NCBI GenBank assembly: GCA_964035575.1
Contig: OZ037845.1
Coordinates: forward strand, 372,001-436,000
Reading direction: 5' to 3'
Source: Rhynchopus sp. YZ270_cl-10
Taxonomy: Eukaryota
Length of the DNA: 64,000 nt
Part shown: positions 57,101 through 64,000 of the stretch, piece after piece
How the letters are laid out: every line of letters starts with the position of its first letter
Position numbering within the stretch: the stretch's first letter is position 1
Translations under genes and position numbers: made by a program
The notes under the pieces: generated by a model
Told to the model about the DNA's origin: nothing
The model's database searches: none
What the model saw: only the letters and a program-made list of their open reading frames with translations

Positions 57101-57396
57101 ACGAAACGGTTCCAGTTACATTGAAAGACCCGTCCCTTTTCCCCCTTTTCTCGCTGCGATACACTCAAGCTCCGGCTTTGGGTGCTCGCCCTACTCCCCC
57201 CTGGGGTATGCGGAATGATGAGGAGCGGCGTGAGTGGTACTTTACTGCTGCGCAGGCTCTTGCGCACTGCCTCCTCCTTAGGCTCCTTAGGGGGCTTGTT
57301 GTCAACATCTGCTTTCGCGGGGATTTCGGTGGAGACCACACGTTCTATGGTCATTTCCTTGCCACCTGTCGTACACCGCAAATCACTGAACACCAT
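54166..57396 (-). CDS. Receptor-type degenerate class III nucleotide cyclase-like protein (TM - extracellular domain - TM - HAMP-like - cyclase-like)
   Basis: Two hydrophobic segments (FVLAGFLLSGVALCCPSLVYFV; LVIASLLCVVLIFFLLYIAFVIAL); HAMP-like PLLRVCRMLEAM..EVTSLQ; cyclase-like DVAVCF, GDGDCAASWG, HCAVSRG, EEWMYQF. Confidence 0.72.
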   Translation of the reverse strand: MVFSDLRCTTGGKEMTIERVVSTEIPAKADVDNKPPKEPKEEAVRKSLRSSKVPLTPLLIIPHTPGGSRASTQSRSLSVSQREKGEKGRVFQCNWNRFVLAGFLLSGVALCCPSLVYFVARREGAEEMANSAPFIQPHAYRSEYEQGARAISSGLAGVVRSAFSVPKLFRSAPDLQRLPMSLTTEDPWTLRDGVCVASGHSVSFSRPNWTPTALTCTVNTVLGGANKQYRIQQSLDYEALSNLLQAKVAMGVEGVEGFQLGLAVEYLGAHGRIERTNLGCAAGCSEHHILTHIDAAVIAYVLAPIGGVLGGRERSTYRGFGLAETLPFDQGETSFQVESSERSYVGTDLTGSDAYFRGNDSAYGVDLQTAVEFIENVVYGVWTLTPLQMIHVVEEIFGIEATDAEVVYQTQKSLGSVSTARIVTSTVGLQQVFSVFEGFFPGGLNASSRLRNANAFVTNYFVDDVEYIGWLVAKPQSCLHMGDRLLAFASVPRKALEAHLADRAGGVHLRHTEAASAASSKLVIASLLCVVLIFFLLYIAFVIALAPLLRVCRMLEAMCAELPTCGDDAEGFVREVTSLQVCAATLRQFFKNREHSKEQSSPGTTKHRSPIRLNLEDHDLASSKGDSHSSEARCNSFLSHASSHSSGGALPASGDQASLNSRASFNSLSPPGLKRTQTWRARHAPSALASEGSLAKKDVAVCFTRATYVSKIVSSLTEEGTAQFIESVVAFSGLFCEAVSRAKGTVLFLNLGDGDCAASWGAHTKVISKYSKAVDMALGFVKHCAEVNPTMICHCAVSRGPSWVGQHVSGDARNFFFLGFHVTEALGMVKIGQHYNCHVTISKPKELESYTLLPIDCVDLTGVRSKGGALILQSEEILVYHVLCAPDRSNEEWMYQFSEKEFMPALFAAYKAFLCGSYGKAEKLANKVASLGGETESRRLLNLIPESSFADLRKTGRGVDPMFLLSRVKARPSTDQPVDIGDKHRGDASIGVFASPPTPTLVKNPLSSATSSYSTDKITVHTHDTHRHSMMVPGHTDDPEISLECFIHDVEERREKERSTRLRSSVLIHHLHPEAT

Positions 57397-57845
57397 CGTT
57401 GCCCTACCATTTCACACTTCTGTTGTGGAGATATGGGGAGGAAGAGGAAGAGGAAGAGGAAGAGGAGGAGGAGGCTGTAAAAAAAAAAAAAGTTGAAAGT
57501 GCAAACGCCTCATCGTTCTTCGGCGGACGCAGGGTTCTCCGTGGGTTGTCGAACCCCAGAGAGCACTTCATTGTATATACAGCATGGAAGAAAAAAAAAC
57601 ACGTAAAAAGCAAGGGTTCTGCGTTCTTTTGGTTTTGGTACGGAGGAGGGGGGCCACTGTTAAGTGTCCACAAGATAATGGGGGTGGGTTGCTGAAAGGG
57701 TGCAAAAAACAGTCTGTGTCTCAAGCACATCATTTAGAACATTGCGATATTCGCTGCATGCACCCTTGGGGGGAGAGGGCGGTAGGGAAAGTCGCGCTGT
57801 GATCTGCCCCAAAGCGTTCTGAGGGGTACCGAGTAATACTCAGTA

Positions 57846-58019
57846 CACAACGGGACCCAGTGACAAGTGATAAGTGAAATCACGTGTCATTTCACTTGTC
57901 ATAATATGACAAAAAAGTCACTTGTCATGACAAGTGATTTTCTATTGGGATAAAGGCTATTTACTTGTCACCTTTTTCACTTGTCATTCACTTGTCACTT
58001 GTCACTGGGTCCCGTCGTG
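57846..58019. mobile_element. MITE with TA TSD and internal TGACAAGTGA repeats
   Basis: TA|CACAACGGGACCCAGTGACAAGTGA ... TCACTTGTCACTGGGTCCCGTCGTG|TA. Confidence 0.85.
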
Positions 58020-58816
58020 TATGTTTCCGATAAAAAAAAATGTTTTTGCAAGATGGAACACATCAGTAGCATATGTGTCTCTTGTGTGCACATACACGTT
58101 TCATCTACTGTAGAGAAGACTTTGTAGAATGAACCGAAGCTTCTTGTGCTTAGTGACCTTAGAACGACCCTTTCTTTGAGCTTTATTTGACGGAACAGAA
58201 CACAGCAAAATAGGCTAGTGAGAGAATAATTTTTTTTTATACCTACAAGCGTAGCTTAAAGGAGAAATAGTTCCTCAGATACGGTCGCCAATCACCCCTC
58301 AAACAGGGTAATTGTGCAATCAACGAAAAAACCTTTTTTCCTTTTACTTACCTATCAGAGTTTCTATTTTTTGACATTCTGTTGGTTTAGTGTAGTGTTC
58401 AACCTTTTCCACCAAATTACATTTTTGTTTTGCAAAAAACAACAGAATAAAAACAGCATCACCCAATAATGGCTTGACACTATTTCCCATCCAGATTTTT
58501 TGTTTTTTGGTGAAAATTTTATTAGAAAAAAAAAAGAAAAGAAAAATTATGTGACTATGATCCAAGCTCTCTTAGTCTTGAATGACAGGTTTGATCACAA
58601 AAAAGGATTTGATAATGTGTATACCTCTCGTTCATGCGGGGGGTTTTTTGTATCGACGGTGAGAGTTATATCACCTATATTACCCACCTGGGTGGGTAAA
58701 TTAGGGTCTGTACTCAATGTTGGCCGAAGCCTTGACACCACAGAAGGAAAGAGACGTTGTTCGTCCTCAACCCTTTAGAGCATTTTGTTTTTTTTTTTCC
58801 TTTTTTTTGCCATGTC

Positions 58817-59423
58817 CAGGGTATTAGGGTGAAAATCCAAAATCCCGGAAAAAACTGGTTTTTCTGGTTTTCTCTCCTGGGCGGCAAAAACTAGTGTTTC
58901 TGGCGAAAACCTCCACCGTTGACGGACACAGTCACCCTTTTCGGGTTTTTCGGGGGTGGGGTCAGTGTCTTATCCAGGAATCCGATTTCAAAATATTTTT
59001 CGGCGCTGCTGACCCAGGGTAGACATTGGGAACATAGGGACTGTATTTTTTTTTGCGGAGCAAAAAAATAATATAAAATGGCGCCACAGGCAAAATTTTT
59101 TGAGGGTACGGTGTAAAAAGCTAGCTTTTTACACCACAGAGCCACTCAAACGAACCCTTTTTTGCGGAGCAAAAAATGAAAAATGGCGCCGCAGGCAAAA
59201 AAAAATCAAGGAACAGCCATTTCCCAAAGGCACTCCCGTGGTTCAACCACGGTTCTACCAGGCGGGGAAAAAATGTGGGGGGAAAAATCGAGTCCGCCCT
59301 AATCTGGGGACGACATTTACAGAAAGGCCTGGTGAAAAGTGTCGGTTTTTTTTTCCCCTCCAGATTTCTCTGTTTTTTTTTTTTTTTTTGAAAACCAGTT
59401 TTTTTAACCACCCTAATACCCTG
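58817..59423. mobile_element. Non-autonomous hAT element (607 bp)
   Basis: TIR CAGGGTATTAGGGTG / CACCCTAATACCCTG; 8-bp TSD GCCATGTC (58809-58816, 59424-59431). Confidence 0.93.
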
Positions 59424-59438
59424 GCCATGTCTATGTTG

Positions 59439-60380
59439 CTACTGTACAGTACAGCACGCCTTGCCCTCGGTTTTCGTTGAAATGGCGTAGGTGAAGACAC
59501 AGCGTTCTGGCTGCACGCAGACGAGGTCCCCATCGTCGAACGGTATTGCAACAGACGATGCATTGGTGACTGAGAGCTTCGTGACTACGTTGGTGCTGTC
59601 GTACTGCACGTCAAGGATTTGCTTTAGTTCACCCATTGTTGTACGAATATTCACTTTGGCACCAAGTTTTAGGGTACTGAACATTTTGCGTTTATGATCT
59701 CTGATGTTTACTTCAGGTGGAATGAACATCTTTGCTGAGGGTGGCGTGCGTCTCGATGCGCTGGATATGCCGGATTTGACAGATTTTGCCATCGAATCTG
59801 CGGTTTGGGGTCTGCCTGGCTGTGTCTGCGCCTGCGCCTGCGACTCTCTCAACGACGACTGCAGCATGGCGTGCTGGGTCACCGTATTCTGCGGGAGATT
59901 CTGTCCTCTGCACACCGTACACAGATGCCTCATGATACGATGCCTACACAGTTTGTTTGTCCTCCCCTTTGACGACCCGCTGTTTATACTCCCCGACGTC
60001 TGACTCGCTGCCTTTGGCGCACTCCTCGCCCTTTGCTGCATACTATCCAAATCTACGGACACATTCTCTTCATCAAAGAACTCCTTCACAGGAACGTTCA
60101 AAGATGACGACATTGGGGTGGTCTTTCGCGGAACTGCACCACCTTGCGGGTTACCTGGTGCCTTCGCATTTCGTGTACGCACCCCAGTTGTCCGTTGAGG
60201 AGGTGCGCTGTACTTCAACATATTCGGTGTAGGTGTAGGTGCAGGTGTAGGTGTAGAAGTAACCTCCACCTTCACATCATCCATCTCTGGAGGTGGTGCA
60301 TCCTCTGGTGTGCCACCTGAAGAATCGCCGCAAGATGCGTTGTCGTGCCTCCCTTCCGCTTCTGACTCGGATTCCGCCAT
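59439..60380 (-). CDS. Hypothetical protein with C-terminal CaaX (CCTVQ) lipidation signal
   Basis: 313-aa ORF; disordered N-terminus, CRH..HLCTVC motif, small beta-rich C-terminal domain, ends KACCTVQ*. Confidence 0.75.
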   Translation of the reverse strand: MAESESEAEGRHDNASCGDSSGGTPEDAPPPEMDDVKVEVTSTPTPAPTPTPNMLKYSAPPQRTTGVRTRNAKAPGNPQGGAVPRKTTPMSSSLNVPVKEFFDEENVSVDLDSMQQRARSAPKAASQTSGSINSGSSKGRTNKLCRHRIMRHLCTVCRGQNLPQNTVTQHAMLQSSLRESQAQAQTQPGRPQTADSMAKSVKSGISSASRRTPPSAKMFIPPEVNIRDHKRKMFSTLKLGAKVNIRTTMGELKQILDVQYDSTNVVTKLSVTNASSVAIPFDDGDLVCVQPERCVFTYAISTKTEGKACCTVQ

Positions 60381-61266
60381 TATGAGAAAAAGGAGGAGGA
60401 GGAGGAGGAGAGCGTATGGGAAAACACCGCTACCCCCACACCATGGTTTAAGGGGGGGGAGGGAGGGTGGTGTGTCTTCTGGATACTTTTTTTAGTGAAT
60501 GTGATATGTGCAGACTCAGGAGGATGCAGAAGCATCCAAAAAATAGTAGTTGAAAATATGGTAAAAACGCATCGCAAAGGGTGCGAAAGGGGCAAAGGGT
60601 GGTTCCGTACCGTAAGAGAACGGAGGCGGTTCAGAACCGCTCGGCAAAATCACGACCTCTTTATACCCCCCAGCCTTTTTTTAACGGCCGACCCGTTGTG
60701 AGGAACCCCCCCCCCCGGTCCTACATCCATTTGACATCTGATAAAAGAAGGGGGGGAATATAGGGCACTTTGGAGAGCACACCGCACTACGGCGTATGTT
60801 TTAACAAAGGGGGGGAGGCCTCCTGAGGGAAGGGGCGAGAAGAAACCCAAAGAGATAGGAGTTTTTGAGGGTGTTTTTAAGAGACTATCAGAAACCGTTG
60901 ACACGAAAAAAGACGGAATTCAAGAAAATATGTTGGGTGGGTGTGTGTGTGTGTACATTTGTCTCTGCAGGGGGAAAACGCTGCACTGAGCATCAATACC
61001 ACCAAAGAACAGACGAGACCACAAATAAACATTTGAAAAAATCTATATCGTGCTTGAGAACAAAAAATATATGTGATACAGAGCAATCAAAACACTATCT
61101 GGCCAGGCGTTAGGCTGTTCAGAAGTGGGGGTTTGTGTTACCCAAACTGTGGTCTTCCTGTTGTGTGTAACGAGTGGACACCCTTTTTAATTCCGATGTG
61201 CTAAAAGTGTGTGCAGCAACACCGTAACGTCGCACAATAGAAGAGAATAATGTGAAGTGCAAAGTT

Positions 61267-61303
61267 GACTTGAAATACAAAGCCCTCTCGTGAATAGTGT
61301 GCC
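61267..61303 (+). repeat. Dispersed micro-repeat family C (GACTTGAAATACAAAGCCCTCTCGTGACAGTGT consensus); representative copy
   Basis: Related copies at ~8698, 9114, 17149, 17577, 47223 and 61991, in + orientation. Confidence 0.75.
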
Positions 61304-62668
61304 TTGGTGCATAAAAAAAAAAACACGTTGCTGATTTAGACAACAAAAAAGGAGCCAAAATTAAAAAGAAAAGATGGTAGGATGAACCTAAGCCTCTCTT
61401 GCTTAGTCTGATTAGATTATTCTTTGGTTTATTCATCAACCTGAAATACAAAGTCTCTAGTGTTTAGTCACCTATTTAAAAGATCGATGGGTGAGTGATC
61501 ACATTACCTCTCACGCACCATACTGAACAAAACTGTAGCACCCTTACCATATTAAATTTATTTTTGCAACATATTCAGCTTACGCAAAGCTCTGATTACC
61601 CCCAAGCCTTTAAAAAAAAAACAAATAGTTTTTGAGCCGAGGAAACTGGAAAGAATGCACTCTGGCCCTTAATGTGGCATTCCCCTCACATCTCTTCTAT
61701 CCCTTGGCATATAGAGGAAAGTTGCTTTGTGGAGCATTTTCTTTGCAGCAACACATTCTCAGTGTCCAATGCTGACACAAGCAAGGTGTTCAAAGACACT
61801 GCCTTGAAAACAGTATCCACCTTCCCGTTGACGCTGTCCCATCTATATCAGGCACGTCCTTGTGGACAGAGAGTGCGTCCACGTGGATTGGTCAAAGGAA
61901 AGGGTTTCCCTTAAAGAATCGCTAAAAAGCCAAAAAAAAAACAAATAGTGAAGTCCAAGTGCAAACGCCTCTGGAACGCAGGTAAAATGTGACTTGAAAT
62001 AGCCCTCTCGTGACAGTGTGTGCCTAAAAGAAAAAGAGGGGGGAAAAGAAGAGCACGCGAAGAGCACAACAAGTGTAGTGTGCAAAAAAGTAAATAAAGT
62101 TGCGCTAAAAAAAGATTGGGTCTTTTGTTTGTGCGCTCAGGCGCCACTCTTGGGCACCTGTCTACGTAAAGTGTCAACTCACTCACCATATCTCCATAGC
62201 ACCAAGGTACCCGGACCTTTGATGCTGGGTAAAAAAGGCACCAGTCGGATCACAAGACCCGGCTAGCCCACACAGAACACGAGCCACCAGGGCTAGTGAC
62301 AATTAAAGGAAAAATGTAAAAAAAATAGCCATTTTATACATCCGGATAGCAAAAAACCACGTATGTGTAAACAATAGGGAAGGGAAAGACGGGGGTGGGG
62401 ACGAGAAGAATGACACAAAAAAAAAAAAATGCAACACATTTACGCCCTGTTGTTATGAAGAATATTTCGTTTTATTTTCTGTTCTTTCCCCTCCCACCCT
62501 CTAACCCATACCCTTATCTTTACCGGTAAGCACCCGAAGAGACGTTCTATGCTCAGTTTCTATTTTTCATACAACATCCCTCCCTCACAACTCTACCTTT
62601 TTTCTACACTTTTGGACATGCCTTTTGACACAAATTCTACTAATCGAATTGAAATTTTTGATTCTCAT

Positions 62669-63985
62669 TTAATTTAAATACATGACACGCTTCAGAATGC
62701 GTTGGTTCATCACCTTCGCACGCTTTTCAAGGAATGTAAGGATGCTTTCATACCCACACCCAACACGCACTACTAGAGCACTGCTGTGCACGGCTACTTT
62801 GTATTTTTTTGAGGGGGTGTCTATTGTGTAGACGGAGTCTGATATCTTTGCTATGGGGAGGGACGGCACACGCGCCTTGAGCTCTGCCATCATAGAGTCC
62901 ACAACACGGTGCGTCACTGCCTCTGGCGTTCGCGGCACCAATGCGCGACGCAGCTTCTCCGCCGGATCCGACACCCCTGGGAACGGGTCCGTCACCTTCC
63001 TCCGCCCACCCCCAACCAACCCACCCCCTACATCACGCACAAACGACGAATCAGCGTTCTCCTCTCTGTCATACCTATAAAAGGCCTCATGCGATGCGCT
63101 CTCAGCGTTGAACGCTTTGTTGTTAAGATACGCTTGGTACACACCGTAGCGCTGGAAGGGCTCGGTTCTGGTGGGCACCAGACGTTCTACGGGACGTTCC
63201 TGCACCTCAGGGGTCAGCTGCTCTGGGGTGTGCACCTCAGCACTGCAGAGGTCTTCTCCAAAGTCCAGCTTTGTTGGTACAACTTCGGCAGCTATTGGGG
63301 TGTGTAATGTGACAGAGGAAGGGGATAATGCAACAGCGTTTGTGTTGAGCTTATCCTTTAGACTGCTGTTTTCAGAGCGAAGCCGTGTCAGCTCATCTTG
63401 CAGAGATGCCGACTCCTGACGCGATGCACGCAGCTGCTGTGAACTCTCATCCTCCAACAGCGCGGAGATCACTGCCTCTCGAGAGTACTTCCTTACCAAA
63501 TGCGACACATCGCTTGATATTGGGGTCCGTTTCGACCGTCCCGTCCGCACCGCACTTCCTCCTGCACTCGAGCCTGCCGAACTCAAACCCCCTTCTGAAA
63601 GGTGCCATTCTATTTTGTCCACAACGTCGCGAGGGGGTGTCGTGACCTCGGCGCTGGCCTGCGGTGTGAACACCTGAGTGATGGTATGCTCCACATTGCC
63701 GTCGGAGGAGAGCGGCGAAGGCGACGCACATTCCTCATGAGCACTTTGCTGCACAGAGTCGCTTGACAACAGGCTTCGCGTATCCGCCTTTTCGGACGTC
63801 CACCCTACATCAATATCCGGCGCCGATAGGGGGGTCGTTGCCTTCGTAACAGAAGCCACCTCAGCACTCAACTCCTGCGGCGAGACAGTCTCGGGGGAGC
63901 TGAATAATTCGCTCAAAGACACCACCGGGTTGTCAATCGCGCAAGAGGGCGGGTCTTTGCGTTCCACAGAAGGAAAGCTTGCCAT
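62669..63985 (-). CDS. Coiled-coil protein with C-terminal GAS2-related (GAR) microtubule-binding-like domain; may extend beyond the window edge
   Basis: C-terminal LPIAKISDSVYTI...LVVRVGCGYESILTFLEK matches the GAR VRVGGGW..L..FL pattern; the frame is open to the window end. Confidence 0.68.
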   Translation of the reverse strand: MASFPSVERKDPPSCAIDNPVVSLSELFSSPETVSPQELSAEVASVTKATTPLSAPDIDVGWTSEKADTRSLLSSDSVQQSAHEECASPSPLSSDGNVEHTITQVFTPQASAEVTTPPRDVVDKIEWHLSEGGLSSAGSSAGGSAVRTGRSKRTPISSDVSHLVRKYSREAVISALLEDESSQQLRASRQESASLQDELTRLRSENSSLKDKLNTNAVALSPSSVTLHTPIAAEVVPTKLDFGEDLCSAEVHTPEQLTPEVQERPVERLVPTRTEPFQRYGVYQAYLNNKAFNAESASHEAFYRYDREENADSSFVRDVGGGLVGGGRRKVTDPFPGVSDPAEKLRRALVPRTPEAVTHRVVDSMMAELKARVPSLPIAKISDSVYTIDTPSKKYKVAVHSSALVVRVGCGYESILTFLEKRAKVMNQRILKRVMYLN

Positions 63986-64000
63986 AAAGTCCGGTGGAGA

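Noticed and set aside
1..64000. tRNA, rRNA or spliced-leader RNA genes
   Set aside because: None was recognised by eye; tRNAscan-SE and Infernal would be needed to exclude them.

Overview
Eukaryotic genomic DNA, most likely a euglenozoan protist such as a diplonemid. This is inferred from the gene organisation: all ~19 intact genes lie on the minus strand (polycistronic-type), there are a few short GT-AG introns, and two euglenozoan-style degenerate cyclase receptors carry an EWMY motif. Recognisable genes: type-II NADH dehydrogenase, a theta-like GST, three tandem sigma-like GSTs, a secreted pacifastin-repeat protein, DPH7, a COMM-only COMMD5-like protein, a RalGAP/tuberin-like Rap-GAP, a DHHC palmitoyltransferase and a GAR-domain protein. 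The most striking gene is a ~1250-aa five-module fusion: signal peptide, class I heme peroxidase, DOMON, cytochrome b561, cytochrome b5 and a catalytically degenerate class III cyclase. It looks like a self-contained trans-membrane redox wire or peroxide sensor. The window also holds an apparently intact gag-YR-RT/RNaseH (VIPER/TATE-type) tyrosine-recombinase retrotransposon. Non-autonomous DNA transposons are numerous (hAT with 8-bp TSDs, piggyBac with TTAA, TA-TSD MITEs), and two carry coding-like cargo. A 9-kb GST/inhibitor block is bracketed by 71-bp direct repeats. More than 30 strictly co-oriented 35-65-nt micro-repeats fall into six families with a shared junction, and three of the families share a CCTCTCGTG loop. 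All domain calls come from motif recognition by eye; no database searches were run.
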